From Thermoplasmatota archaeon (GTDB lineage: Archaea; Thermoplasmatota; E2; JACPAO01; JAHFTW01), in NCBI GenBank assembly GCA_041601615.1, contig JBFIHX010000006.1, forward strand, positions 96,001 through 160,000: a stretch of 64,000 bases of DNA. The letters are read 5' to 3'. Within the stretch, counting starts at the first letter, position 1, and each line of letters begins with the position of its first letter. Shown here piece after piece: positions 28,263-38,743 of this stretch. The notes under the pieces were generated by a model. The model made no database searches, was not told the origin of the DNA, and saw nothing but the letters and a program-made list of their open reading frames with translations. The translations under genes and the position numbers were made by a program.

Positions 28263-30221
28263 TTAGCTGCGGCGGCGCAGGGCGGCTCCAACCAGTACTA
28301 GAGCACCGATGAGGAGGACCATAGGCAGCCCCGGGCTGTCGTTGTCGTCGGTTTCGCCCGTGCCGACTAGGATGAATCGCTCCGCCGAGTCCGTGACTCC
28401 ATTTTCGTCCACGACGACGAGGCGAACGCGGTAGGTGCCTGCTTCCTCGAAGGTGTGGCGGGTGGTCTCGCCGGTTCCTGCCGCCGATCCGTCGCCAAAG
28501 AACCAGGTCCATTCTTGTAGGGGCACGGGAGCCGTGCTGGTGTCGCGGAAGGTAATGGACTTGCCCACGAGGGGTGATTCAGGGTCGATGGAGAACGCTG
28601 CAATGGGCGGCTCGGGCAGCTCCTTCGAGGGGCCGGCGCCGAGTTCTCGCAACTGCACTCGCACGGCTTGGGAACGGGTTCCCTGAAGGCCGCCGTCATC
28701 GGTCACGGTGAGCTGAACTTGGAAGAATCCAATGGCCTCAAATTGGTGCGATGGGCTTTGGAGAGCGCTGGTGTTGCCTTCGCCAAAGTTCCAGGACCAT
28801 GCCTTGATGGTGCCATCGGAGTCCTGGGAGGTGTCGTTGAACTGGATCGATTCGCCTTGGTAGATGACGAGGGGATCTGCGGTGAATCCTGCAATGGGGC
28901 CCGAGTTTGGCGGTTTGCAGGCCTGTTGCGCCTTGTCGGCTTCAGTGCAGACGAAAATGTTCAATTCCCGCGTGGAGGACATGCTCTGGTCGTCGGTGAC
29001 GGTGAGGCGGACCGTGTATTTGCCAGCGTCCGCGTACTTGTGTGTGGCGGTGGAGGTGTCGGCGTCCTCGGTGCCGTCCTGGTTGAAGTCCCAGGACCAA
29101 CTGACGATGGGGTCGCCGTCTGGATCCGTGGACGAGTCGGTGAACGTGATGTCTTGGCCGGCGGTGGGGGCCAGTGGCGACACGGTGAAGGCGGCAAACG
29201 GAGCGACGGCCACAATGGTGGCGGACGCAGCCTTGACCAAGGTGGTCGCCGTCCCGAGGTCGTCTGTGACGGTCAATTCTACATCGACCGCACCGAGTTC
29301 GGAAAAATGCAACTGGGGCTGAATGTCCGTGGAGGTTTGCTCCTCGCCGCCATTCGTGAATTTCCACTGGAACGTGTATTCGCCGAGGTTGGGGTCGCCA
29401 TCGCCAGGGGTAACGGCTGCCTTGAAGGTTACCCGGCTTGCCGCGATTCGGTCAGAAATCGGCGGGGTCGCGGTGATTTGCGTGATACTGGGCCCGATGG
29501 CCACGAAGGTCTTGGGAGTGACTGCGTTCGTGGTGCCGCAGGGAGGGCCCGGCATTTCGTCCACCACATCATACGCGGATGTATCGTCGTTGAATTCGTA
29601 GGTTGTTGCGCTCCACTTGTCCATCACGAGTGGCGCGGCGGCGGTGGCGGGACCTGGAGCAAACACCGTGTGCGGCGCATAACCGAGTTCGATGACGTAG
29701 TAGGTATTGGAGTTGGTTGGGGGTGCGCCCGGGACCGTGGAACCAGGTGTACTGTCCACGGTTTTGACGTTCACATAGACTGGGGCCGAGGTGGACCGTG
29801 CGTCCTGAGTACTTGTGAGTACCGAGAAATCGTTCCAGTCGTAGGTTTCTAGATCCTTATCTTGAGCGGCCTGGAGGATTGTCGATTGGGGGTGGAGGCT
29901 GTCGCCTTCGAACTGTACGCGCATTTGGGCCGAGTTCAAGAAAGAGGTCGCGGCAACTCCGCTTACGATGACTTGGACGAGCACCATGTGGATGGCTGCA
30001 TCCGGGGTGTTCAGGTTCTTGTCGTGGTCGAAAGTCCGCGTGGCGGAACCGGCGTACATTGCCCCTAGGTCATTTCCTGCGAGTCCTTCGCCAGAGCAGT
30101 CATGGACGACGCGTGTTAGGTCGTCGCCGGTCTCGGTGGGCGGGGGAGACGTATGTCCTGCTTCTACAGGTAGGCTTGTCAACAGGAGTGCCGCCACAAG
30201 GACGAACGCAGCCGTGCGCAT
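28263..30221 (-). CDS. Secreted PKD-domain surface protein (4 PKD-like domains) with PGF-CTERM-like tail
   Basis: SWSWDFNQDG, AWSWNFGEG, WTWFFGDG, FQWKF and Y..RLTVTDD. Tail SPGLPMVLLIGALVLVGAALRRRS. Start MRTAAF. Confidence 0.9.
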   Translation of the reverse strand: MRTAAFVLVAALLLTSLPVEAGHTSPPPTETGDDLTRVVHDCSGEGLAGNDLGAMYAGSATRTFDHDKNLNTPDAAIHMVLVQVIVSGVAATSFLNSAQMRVQFEGDSLHPQSTILQAAQDKDLETYDWNDFSVLTSTQDARSTSAPVYVNVKTVDSTPGSTVPGAPPTNSNTYYVIELGYAPHTVFAPGPATAAAPLVMDKWSATTYEFNDDTSAYDVVDEMPGPPCGTTNAVTPKTFVAIGPSITQITATPPISDRIAASRVTFKAAVTPGDGDPNLGEYTFQWKFTNGGEEQTSTDIQPQLHFSELGAVDVELTVTDDLGTATTLVKAASATIVAVAPFAAFTVSPLAPTAGQDITFTDSSTDPDGDPIVSWSWDFNQDGTEDADTSTATHKYADAGKYTVRLTVTDDQSMSSTRELNIFVCTEADKAQQACKPPNSGPIAGFTADPLVIYQGESIQFNDTSQDSDGTIKAWSWNFGEGNTSALQSPSHQFEAIGFFQVQLTVTDDGGLQGTRSQAVRVQLRELGAGPSKELPEPPIAAFSIDPESPLVGKSITFRDTSTAPVPLQEWTWFFGDGSAAGTGETTRHTFEEAGTYRVRLVVVDENGVTDSAERFILVGTGETDDNDSPGLPMVLLIGALVLVGAALRRRS

Positions 30222-30282
30222 CGCCCGACCAGTCACGGGGCGACTGATAGCCTTTGTTAGACGCTCCTGAAGGAAACCATCC

Positions 30283-30894
30283 CTAATCCAAGCGGAACGG
30301 GGCCACGTCGAAGGTGTTCTGCACCGTGGTGTACTGGTGGCCGCCCAGCCGTGCTAGAAAGTCGACGCGATCGGCGCGCACGTTGCCTCGCTCATCGAGG
30401 ACCTTGTCGTCGGCGTGGAAGTGGAGGATTTCTCCAAAGACCACGGTAACGGGGGATTGGTTGCCAAATCGGCGGGTCTCGACGCGGCGGCATTCCATGG
30501 CGACGGGGCACGCGCTCAAACGTGGCGGGGCGACTTTCCTGCTTGGCTCGGTCTCCAATCCCAAGGCCTCTGCTTCGCTGATTCCGTCTGGGTACGGGGC
30601 TGCGGATTGCACCATTTCGTTGGCAAGCTGCGCAGGAGTGACGTGGACAACGAATTCGCCGGTTGTTTCGATGTTTCGAAGGGTGTGCTTGGAGCCGCCG
30701 CCGCGTGCGTCCGAAATGCTCAGCATCAGCATCGGTGGGTCGGAGCAGATTCCTTGGAAGTAACTGAAGGGCGCCAAGTTGACGACGCCCGCCGCATCCA
30801 CGGTGGTGACCCAGGCGATGGGCCGAGGGGCGATGGCACTCGTCAGGAAATGATAATGGCCGGACGGGCTCCGGTCGGCAGCAGACCAATCCAC
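30283..30894 (-). CDS. Flavin reductase family (DIM6/NTAB) protein
   Basis: APRPIAWVTT...NLAPFSYF, KHTLRNIETTGEFVV, LARLGGHQY. GTG start inferred. Confidence 0.92.
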   Translation of the reverse strand: MDWSAADRSPSGHYHFLTSAIAPRPIAWVTTVDAAGVVNLAPFSYFQGICSDPPMLMLSISDARGGGSKHTLRNIETTGEFVVHVTPAQLANEMVQSAAPYPDGISEAEALGLETEPSRKVAPPRLSACPVAMECRRVETRRFGNQSPVTVVFGEILHFHADDKVLDERGNVRADRVDFLARLGGHQYTTVQNTFDVAPFRLD

Positions 30895-30989
30895 GCACGG
30901 CACCTGCGCCCGGGGCGCTTGAACCCACCGTCTCTGGCCGGTACGGTTTTGACACACCCTGCTGCTCCCGAGTCGTCAGTGTGGACTTT

Positions 30990-32882
30990 ATGGCCGTCGA
31001 GAGCATAACCCAGCAAGTGCAGAAGGACCCCTCCAGCATCGTCAACCGGTCGGTAGGCGACGTGGACACACTGGCCGAACTGATGTGGAACAGCATCGAG
31101 CGCCATGCCGCCCACACCGCCCAGTCCTGGAACGAAGACGGCGTCTGGAAATCGCGTACCTACGAGGAGTTCGGCACGCGCATCCGCGAGGTCGCCAACG
31201 GACTCCTGTCGCTGGGCCTGAAAAAGGGCGACCGAGTGGCGATCTGGAGCAAAAACCGACCGGCCTGGGCCGAAGTGGATCTAGCCGACCAAACCATCGG
31301 CATCGCCACCGTGCCCATTTACGACACTTTGACCGGCAAGGACGGGGCATACATCGTGAACGATTCCGGCGCCAAGGTGCTGTTTGTCCAGGACAAAACC
31401 GTTCTTGATACGGTCTGGGCCGTGCAGGGCGAGATGAAGCTGGACACCATCGTCATGCTCGAAGGCATTTCGCGACGCAAGGGCGTCGTGAGCTACGAAG
31501 CCCTCCTGAAGGCCGGCCGCGCCTACGCCGAGAAGAACCCTGGCGCCGTGGAAAAAGCACGCGACAAAGTCAAGGCGGACGATTTAGCCAGCCTCGTCTA
31601 CACCAGCGGCACCACAGGCAACCCCAAAGGCGTCATGCTGACCCACAAGAACTTCGCCAGCAACGCCCAAGTGGCCCAGAAAGTCGTCGACGTGGGCCCC
31701 CACGACACCTTCCTGAGCTTCCTGCCCCTCTCGCATGTATTCGAGCGCACGGGCGGCCACTTCACGGCCTACGGAGCCGGCGCGCACGTGACGTTTGCGC
31801 GCAGCATCGACACGCTCACGGACGACATGATTGCCATCAAGCCGACGATCATGATGAGTGTGCCGCGCTTGTACGAGAAAATCTACGCACGCATCCAAGA
31901 CAGTGTGCGCAAGAGCAGCTTCGTCAAACGCGCCATCTTTGCGTGGGCCATGGCCCAAGGACGCGCCGCAAACGTCTACCGCCAACGCGATGAGCCCTTG
32001 CCGCGCAGCCTCGCTTCCAAAGTCGCACGAGCCGACAAACTCGTATTTGGCAAGCTCAAGGCCCGCGTCGGCGGCAATTTGCGCTACTTCGTCAGCGGCG
32101 GCGCAGCCCTCTCCAAGGAGATTGAGGAATTCTTCTGGGCCGCTGGCATCCAAGTGCTGCAAGGATACGGACTCACCGAGACCAGTCCCGTCACCAACGT
32201 CAACGCCCCGCACGCCTTGCGCTTTGGCTCCGTGGGCCGCGCCGTACCCGGCGCCGAAATCCGCATCGACACCAGCGAATGGACCAGCCTACGCCCCGAT
32301 GTCGAAGAAGGCGAAATTTGCGTCAAAGGCCCCCAAGTGATGCAGGGTTACTTCAACAACAAGAAGGCGACCGCAGAAGTGTTCGACAAGCAAGGCTGGT
32401 TCCACACCGGCGACATTGGCTACGTCGACAACGACGGATTCCTGTTCATCACGGACCGCAAAAAGGAGATCATCGTGATGAGCAACGGCAAGAACGTCGC
32501 GCCCCAGCCCATCGAAAACGCCCTGAAGCTCCAACAGCACATTGCCCAAGCCTGCCTCATCGGGGACGGCCGCAAGTACATCAGTGCGCTAATCAACCCC
32601 GATTTCGAAGCCCTGGAAGCGTTCGCCATCGCCAACGGCATCGCGGCCCCCGGCGACGCCCTCGTGGCGGATCAGCGCGTCGTCAGCCTCATCGAGAAAG
32701 AGGTCGAGGCCGTCAACGCCAATCTGCCGCGCTATGAGCAGATCAAGAAATTCTGGATCGTGCCCCGAGAATGGACCGTCGAAGGCGGCGAACTGACGCC
32801 CAGCCTGAAGCTCAAGCGCCGCGTCATCAACGAGAAGTTCGGCGCGTTCATCGAGAACCTCTACCCCGGTGGCAACTCCTAG
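30990..32882 (+). CDS. fadD: Long-chain fatty acid-CoA ligase (AMP-dependent synthetase)
   Basis: YTSGTTGNPKGVMLTH, SFLPLSHVFER, GYGLTET, WFHTGDIG, ITDRKKE, GKNVAP, ELTPSLKLKR. Confidence 0.93.
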   Translation: MAVESITQQVQKDPSSIVNRSVGDVDTLAELMWNSIERHAAHTAQSWNEDGVWKSRTYEEFGTRIREVANGLLSLGLKKGDRVAIWSKNRPAWAEVDLADQTIGIATVPIYDTLTGKDGAYIVNDSGAKVLFVQDKTVLDTVWAVQGEMKLDTIVMLEGISRRKGVVSYEALLKAGRAYAEKNPGAVEKARDKVKADDLASLVYTSGTTGNPKGVMLTHKNFASNAQVAQKVVDVGPHDTFLSFLPLSHVFERTGGHFTAYGAGAHVTFARSIDTLTDDMIAIKPTIMMSVPRLYEKIYARIQDSVRKSSFVKRAIFAWAMAQGRAANVYRQRDEPLPRSLASKVARADKLVFGKLKARVGGNLRYFVSGGAALSKEIEEFFWAAGIQVLQGYGLTETSPVTNVNAPHALRFGSVGRAVPGAEIRIDTSEWTSLRPDVEEGEICVKGPQVMQGYFNNKKATAEVFDKQGWFHTGDIGYVDNDGFLFITDRKKEIIVMSNGKNVAPQPIENALKLQQHIAQACLIGDGRKYISALINPDFEALEAFAIANGIAAPGDALVADQRVVSLIEKEVEAVNANLPRYEQIKKFWIVPREWTVEGGELTPSLKLKRRVINEKFGAFIENLYPGGNS

Positions 32883-32958
32883 ACCGACGAGAGGCCGAGG
32901 CCGACCAAGGCGCCGTTTGCAGCGCTGCCTTTTTTGGGACCCCCTCGTGCGCCGCCTC

Positions 32959-34011
32959 GTGGCCGGGACCGACAAGAAGCCCCTGACCTACGCCGACAGC
33001 GGCGTAGACATCGAAAAGGAGGACAAAGCCGTGGGTGCCCTGGCAGGCGCATTGGCGTTTGCCCGCTCCGGCCTCGGCGCTCCCATCGGCAGCATCGGCC
33101 ACTTTGGCGGCCTCGTGGAATTCGGCGAATTTGCGCTCTGCCTCTGCACCGACGGAGTGGGCAGCAAAGTGGAGATCGCCAACGCCATCCAGAAATGGGA
33201 CACGGTCGGCATCGACTGCATGGCGATGAACGTCAACGACGCGCTGTGCGTCGGCGCGGAGCCCATCGCGTTCGTGGACTATCTGGCCGTGGAGGACCCG
33301 GACCCAGAATTTACGCTCCAAGTGGGCCGCGGCCTCGAAAAAGCTGCAGAATTGGCCAACGTTTCGATGGTGGGCGGCGAAACCGCGAGCCTTCCCGGCA
33401 TCATCAAGGGCTTCGACCTCGCCGGCACCTGCCTTGCCTATGCCAAGAAATCCGACCTCGTTACGGGCGAAAAAATCGTCCCTGGCGACGTTTTGATTGG
33501 ACTTGCAAGCTCCGGCATCCACAGCAACGGCTACACGCTCGCCCGCGCCGCCATCTCCGCTGGAAAACTCGCGTACACGGACAAGTGGCCGTTCAACGAC
33601 GCCGAACACGCCGGCAAAACCGTCGGCGAGGTGCTCCTGGAGCCTACCCGCATCTACGTGCGCGAAATCATGGCGGTGCTCAAGGCCGGCATCCCGGTGC
33701 ACGGCCTCAGCCACATCACCGGCAGCGGCCTTCGCAAGCTCCGCCGCATCAACCAAGGTGTGCGCTACGAGATCACGGACCCGCTCCCGGTACACTCCGT
33801 CTTCGAGCGCATCCAGGAACTCGGCTCGGTTGCGGACCACGAGATGTACCGGACGTTCAACATGGGGATGGGTTTCGTCATCGTGGTTCCTGCGGACGCC
33901 GTGGACAAGACCCTCGAAACGCTGCGTGCCCACGTAGACTACCACGTCAAAGTCGTCGGGTCGGTTGCGGAAGGCGAAGGCGTGCACCACCCCGTCGGCG
34001 GCACGCACTGA
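32959..34011 (+). CDS. purM: Phosphoribosylformylglycinamidine cyclo-ligase (AIR synthetase)
   Basis: TYADSGVDI, TDGVGSK, GIDCMAMNVND, GGETA, SSGIHSNGYTL, HITG, EMYRTFNMGMG. GTG start inferred from an upstream T-tract. Confidence 0.96.
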   Translation: MAGTDKKPLTYADSGVDIEKEDKAVGALAGALAFARSGLGAPIGSIGHFGGLVEFGEFALCLCTDGVGSKVEIANAIQKWDTVGIDCMAMNVNDALCVGAEPIAFVDYLAVEDPDPEFTLQVGRGLEKAAELANVSMVGGETASLPGIIKGFDLAGTCLAYAKKSDLVTGEKIVPGDVLIGLASSGIHSNGYTLARAAISAGKLAYTDKWPFNDAEHAGKTVGEVLLEPTRIYVREIMAVLKAGIPVHGLSHITGSGLRKLRRINQGVRYEITDPLPVHSVFERIQELGSVADHEMYRTFNMGMGFVIVVPADAVDKTLETLRAHVDYHVKVVGSVAEGEGVHHPVGGTH

Positions 34012-34081
34012 TTCAACCCAGGAAGCAGCGGCGAAATGGGTGGCCGCAGGCCGCCCGGCGCATCGACAAAGCGCCGCCGCG

Positions 34082-34459
34082 TTACTGCCCGTTTTCCATG
34101 AGCGCAATCATGGGCCCGCCGGGAATCTGCATCCAGCTCATGTAGCCCATGCCACCGGGAATGGCGGTTTTGGGCAGGACAATGGTGGCACCGCCTGCGG
34201 TTGCGTCGGCGATGGTCTTGTCGATGTCGCCGGTCAAAAAGTAGGGCGTGGTGCTTGGACCCGGCTCTTGGGGCATCACGGGGCGCACGGCGCAACTGGG
34301 TTCACCGGGTTTGTACGCCATGTTGTATTCCATGCCGGCTTCTGGAGGGGCGGCTTCGAATTTCAAACCGAATACCTTGGTCAAGAATTCCATGCTTGCT
34401 TGGGTGTCGGTGCTTCCCATCTCGGTGTGCGCGATGGCGCCGTGCCACGAATCGGACAT
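34082..34459 (-). CDS. VOC/glyoxalase family protein
   Basis: HTEMGSTD...FLTKVFG, TPYFLTGDID, GGATIVLPKTAIPGGMGY. Confidence 0.85.
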   Translation of the reverse strand: MSDSWHGAIAHTEMGSTDTQASMEFLTKVFGLKFEAAPPEAGMEYNMAYKPGEPSCAVRPVMPQEPGPSTTPYFLTGDIDKTIADATAGGATIVLPKTAIPGGMGYMSWMQIPGGPMIALMENGQ

Positions 34460-34584
34460 GCGCAGCCATCCGAGTCGTCTGCATAAAGCTCGCCCTCCTG
34501 CCCCGTCGTCCACGCGCACCCGTGCCTCTTCGGGCGTGACCGCAACAACCACGGCCTCTGGGCGCCGAGCGGGTTGTGGTCACT

Positions 34585-35055
34585 ATGGCTGGAAAAATCT
34601 TCGGCGCCATCAAGGACGCCGCAAAGGCAATCCAGACGGACGATGAGGCCGTCTGTCGTTCCTTCTTCACCGACATCTGGGTGCATGGCAAGGTGGACAT
34701 GCTGGACCAGTACCTGGCGGAAAACTACACCACGAATGCGCCGCCGGGGTACGACAACACGGCGAGCGGCTACCGCAAGATGGTCGAAGATTTCCACAAG
34801 GCGTTCACGGTCCATGAGGGCCACCTGGAGGAAGTCATCGAAAACAACGGCCGCGTGGCGCTGCACTGGAACCTGGACGCCACCCAGCGCGCCGAGTGGA
34901 TGGGTGTTCCGTCCGAGGGCAAGAAGGTCCACATGGACGGCATCACGGTGAGCACGGTGCGCAACGGCAAAGTCGCCCACGAGCACAACATCATCGATAT
35001 GCTGCCGGTTCTGGGCCAACTCGGCGTCAAGGACATTTCCAAGTTCGTGGCGTAG
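34585..35055 (+). CDS. SnoaL-like ester cyclase family protein
   Basis: EWMGVPSEGKKVHMDGI...NGKVAHEH..D...LGQLG. Confidence 0.85.
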   Translation: MAGKIFGAIKDAAKAIQTDDEAVCRSFFTDIWVHGKVDMLDQYLAENYTTNAPPGYDNTASGYRKMVEDFHKAFTVHEGHLEEVIENNGRVALHWNLDATQRAEWMGVPSEGKKVHMDGITVSTVRNGKVAHEHNIIDMLPVLGQLGVKDISKFVA

Positions 35056-35069
35056 GCAACCTTCGGAGT

Positions 35070-35141
35070 CCCCCCGACCCGCCCCTCTTGCCCCTTTTCT
35101 CTTGACCCCTGATTTTCCTTCCCCGACCCTTTGCTTTGTTT
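35070..35141 (+). terminator. Pyrimidine/T-rich terminator region between convergent genes
   Basis: CCCCTTTTCTCTT...TTTTCCTT...CTTTGCTTTGTTTG downstream of the 35055 stop. Confidence 0.45.
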
Positions 35142-35159
35142 GCTGCCATGCGGCGGCAG

Positions 35160-37589
35160 CTAGGCCGGACTGGCGTCCCGTGCGTCCGTGTCGGCGCGTG
35201 TGCTCCATCGCCCTAGGGCCACGGGCACAAGCAGGAGTGTCAGCATGTACGCGATGAGCACTCCGGCGGCGGTCAACAGAGCCAAGTTTTTGCTTTGCAG
35301 GAAGTAGACGCCGCCGAGCACTGCAAAGGCGACGAATGTGGTGAGGGTGGTGCCGGTGATGGCGCGGCCGGCGGTCTGGAACGCGGTGGCGAGCGCTTCG
35401 GCGTGGCCAGCGCCCGCGTCGCGGGCTTCCCAGAATCGGCTCACAAGATGCACAAGGTCGTCGACGCCCACTGCGACGGTGATGGCGAAGGCCAGCAGAA
35501 ACATGTCGTTGAGCACTGCATTGTTGGCAGTACCCAGAACGCCATAGAGGGCGTCGAGGGCGGGGACGGCGGCAATCAACCACAGCGCAGACACAAGCAC
35601 CAGAAGCACTCCAAGCCCTGCCATGGCGAGGCCTTCTGCACCTCGTCGGCTCCAGGCGGCGGTGAGCACTGCACCCACGGCGAGCGCACTGCCGACGGTT
35701 GCAATCGCCACGTCTCGGGGAGTCTGTTCGAGAACGGCGGCGCGGTTGACGGGGGCGCCAGAAGCGGCGACTTCGTAGCTGGGGCCGAGGGCGGATTGGA
35801 GGCGATCTGCGTGCACTTCGAGAGCGTCGCGCAGGCCCAGGAGATGTTGCTGATCTTGCCACGGATCGAGTTGTAGGGCGACGACAGCGAGGTCGTAGTC
35901 GCGGGTGATCGAAAACGGCGCGATGGTGCGCCATAAGGGATGCTCGTGGAGCGCGTCGAGTCGGTCTTGTGCTTCGGCCCGCGTTTGGGGCAACCGCTGG
36001 GCTTCCGTGGGTGCTGCGCCTGCGGGCGTGAGGATGCCGGCAAGGGCAACGTCCACGGCGCCTTGATCGGTTGCTTCGTCGGCAAGCAAAAGGGCGGTCA
36101 CAGCCGAGGCCTCGCGGTACAGCGGCACGTCCGAGACGGCGGTGGTTGCCTCGTGCAGCGCAAGCAGGGCGTCCGGGTTGGTCATGTCTCCGCGAACGAT
36201 GAGGTAGGCGCGTTGGAAGGCGCCATATTCCTGTTCGATGCGGTGTTGCAGCTGAATCACCGGGTCATCTTGGGGAAATTCGTTCTCGGCCGAGCCGCTT
36301 TCGATGGTGGTCTGCGAGGCGGCAACCACGATGGCCGCGAGGCTCACCATGAGGACCACGAGCACGGCGGGGGCCGGGCGGGATCGAACGTGGGTGGCCC
36401 AGCGCGCGAGGGCAGGGCCGACGCGTTCGCGGCGAGGTGTGCTTCGGGCTCGGACAGGGATAAGGGAACGCAGGGAGGCGCCGAGGCTCAGAGCGGCGCC
36501 GAGGCCGAGCAGAACGCCGAGAGAGGCGACTCCGCCAATTTCGGCAAACAAGGGCGCGGGAACGAGGAGAAGCACCGCGAGTCCTGCGGCTGTGGTGAGG
36601 GCGGCAAGTGCAATGGGCCAGCCCGTGTGGCGAAGTGCTCGGGCGACGGCATCACGGCTCGTGCTCCCTGTGGCTTGTTCTTCTTCGACGCGGTGCAACA
36701 AGTGGACGGCGTAGTCGACGCCGATGCCGCTGACCACCGGGGCCAAAAACAGCGTCAGGAAGCTGATGCGAATGTCGAGCCAACCGAGGGCCCCGAAGGT
36801 CCAAGTGGTGGCCACGGCGACGGATGAGACCGCGATGAGAATGTTGGCAGGGCGACGAAGCACCCACAAGAGAGCGATGGCCACGGCGCCGGCCGCTGCA
36901 ACGCCCCAAAAGCGCAGGTCCTGTTCGTTGCGTTCGTCCGTGTAGTGGCTACTGTACAGAAGGCCGCTGGCTTGCGGCGTGCCGGTGGCGGGGTCGGTGC
37001 GAGCCGTGTTCCAGTCGGCCAGGGCGTCGGCGACGTCGCCACTGAGGCGCCGGGCTTCGATGTTGTCCTTGGTGGAAAAGAATCCGAGCCACAGCGCGCT
37101 GCTGCCATCCTTGGCAAGCACATCGTCGATGCTGGCGTCGCCGAGTGTCCGGTCGCGCACGGCGTCGTGGGTCGCGTCGTCGGGAAGCCGGTAATCGGAC
37201 TCTTGGGCGTTGCCGGCCGTGGCGACCTGCATCGTCATGTAGTTGCCCGCACGCATCGCCTCGTAAGCCGAGAGTTGGTGGCTGAATGCACCCGGGAAGC
37301 GGCCCTCGAGGTATGCAGTGAGTGCTTCTTGCTCCGCCACGAGCGCATCGAAGCCGGCAGGTTCGCGCAGGCTCGGCCCAGTTTCGGCGCGGGGCATGTG
37401 CACCGCCACGAACCGGATGCCGTCCAGTTCCTCGAGCATCGCCCGATACAATGGCAGCCCGTCGTGGTCGGGCACGGTATCGACGAAGTCCACTTCGGGC
37501 TCGATGCGCTGAACACCGAGGACGGCGCCGAACGTCAGGAGGGCGACGAGCGCGAGTACGGACCAGGGGGCCCGGCTAGGTAGACTCAC
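35160..37589 (-). CDS. MMPL/RND family transporter
   Basis: Two repeats, each with GIGVDYAVHL or AVGVDDLVHL and about 6 TMs. GTG start overlaps the upstream TGA. Confidence 0.92.
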   Translation of the reverse strand: MSLPSRAPWSVLALVALLTFGAVLGVQRIEPEVDFVDTVPDHDGLPLYRAMLEELDGIRFVAVHMPRAETGPSLREPAGFDALVAEQEALTAYLEGRFPGAFSHQLSAYEAMRAGNYMTMQVATAGNAQESDYRLPDDATHDAVRDRTLGDASIDDVLAKDGSSALWLGFFSTKDNIEARRLSGDVADALADWNTARTDPATGTPQASGLLYSSHYTDERNEQDLRFWGVAAAGAVAIALLWVLRRPANILIAVSSVAVATTWTFGALGWLDIRISFLTLFLAPVVSGIGVDYAVHLLHRVEEEQATGSTSRDAVARALRHTGWPIALAALTTAAGLAVLLLVPAPLFAEIGGVASLGVLLGLGAALSLGASLRSLIPVRARSTPRRERVGPALARWATHVRSRPAPAVLVVLMVSLAAIVVAASQTTIESGSAENEFPQDDPVIQLQHRIEQEYGAFQRAYLIVRGDMTNPDALLALHEATTAVSDVPLYREASAVTALLLADEATDQGAVDVALAGILTPAGAAPTEAQRLPQTRAEAQDRLDALHEHPLWRTIAPFSITRDYDLAVVALQLDPWQDQQHLLGLRDALEVHADRLQSALGPSYEVAASGAPVNRAAVLEQTPRDVAIATVGSALAVGAVLTAAWSRRGAEGLAMAGLGVLLVLVSALWLIAAVPALDALYGVLGTANNAVLNDMFLLAFAITVAVGVDDLVHLVSRFWEARDAGAGHAEALATAFQTAGRAITGTTLTTFVAFAVLGGVYFLQSKNLALLTAAGVLIAYMLTLLLVPVALGRWSTRADTDARDASPA

Positions 37590-38602
37590 GCCAGGAAGCT
37601 CCACGCGTCAGGGGCGGGGTCCACGTAGAAGGCGGTTGCGTAGAGGTCGAAGGCGACATCGATGCCAGCACCTACGCCTAGGAAGCAAGTGCCTCCAAAC
37701 GGAATGGGGGCCGCGGGTACGCACGCCGCGTGGTAGCCGTGGCTTCGCGGATAGACCTGGTACTCGAAGGTGGTCGCGTTCTGCGGCACGGGGCCGGTGC
37801 CGTCCTCGTACTCGGCGCCGGGTTCAAGCCGGTACGTCTGGCCGCCGTAGAACTTGGCGTACTGTTCGTAGTCGTTGAGCCGGTCCGCGTCCGAGGTGCC
37901 GCGCACGGTGATGCGCAGGCCATCCATGCCCGGTTGGCTCGCCTCGTCGAAGTCCATGTCGAGCACGACGGTGCGCCAGTTGGGCAAGAGGTGGTGTCGA
38001 AATTCGGTTTCGTTGTCCGTGACGGAGCCGTCGGACGGAACGGGCACGCCTCCGTTCTTGAGTTCCGTGGCGACGTATTCCGTTGCGGTGTCACACGACG
38101 GCGTGATGATGACGTACTCCGCCGCGCACTGGATCAATCCCTCGAAGTGGACTGTCACGAAGTAGGGTTCTTCGGCAAATTGCAGCAGGACGAACACGAG
38201 GCTGACGCTTCCGCCGGATTCGACGGGCTTTGCGGTGAGTTCGGCGGCTTGGTAGTTCGTGGCGTCGGCGTGCAGGACGTGGAAGCCGACGGGGACGTTC
38301 TGGAAGACGAAGGCGCCGTCCGCGCCGGTCTTTCGCGTGCGGTTGAGTTCTGGGATCGACACCGTGGCCTCCGGGATCGGGGCGCCATCTTCGTCCTGGA
38401 CGACCCCGCTGATGGTCATGACCGCCTCGCCAGATTTGGCCGGAGGCTGCTCCGTTTCCACGCCCGCTTGAGGTTGGGCGGGGGGCTTGCCTTTCGATGG
38501 CTCATCGATGGCAGAAAGGGGCACCGTTTTCGCGTCGTCGCCGGTACAGCCGGCAAGCGCAAGGGCGGTCAGCAGGAGCACCACGGCGGCGACTCGGAGC
38601 AC
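37586..38602 (-). CDS. Lipoprotein with carboxypeptidase-regulatory-like (prealbumin-fold) domain
   Basis: Lipobox LAGC. ISGVVQDEDGAPIPEATV...TGADGAF. Confidence 0.85.
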   Translation of the reverse strand: MLRVAAVVLLLTALALAGCTGDDAKTVPLSAIDEPSKGKPPAQPQAGVETEQPPAKSGEAVMTISGVVQDEDGAPIPEATVSIPELNRTRKTGADGAFVFQNVPVGFHVLHADATNYQAAELTAKPVESGGSVSLVFVLLQFAEEPYFVTVHFEGLIQCAAEYVIITPSCDTATEYVATELKNGGVPVPSDGSVTDNETEFRHHLLPNWRTVVLDMDFDEASQPGMDGLRITVRGTSDADRLNDYEQYAKFYGGQTYRLEPGAEYEDGTGPVPQNATTFEYQVYPRSHGYHAACVPAAPIPFGGTCFLGVGAGIDVAFDLYATAFYVDPAPDAWSFLA

Positions 38603-38743
38603 GGACCCCGCCGACTTTCGAGGGTACTAAACCCCTTGCCCGTGCGGCCCAAGATACGTCAACCCGCCCCGCCAAATTCTGTGCATGTCAACTCCTTGGC
38701 TTCGCAGGTCAACCTTTTTGTCCGCGCCCGACTCCGCCGCCTC

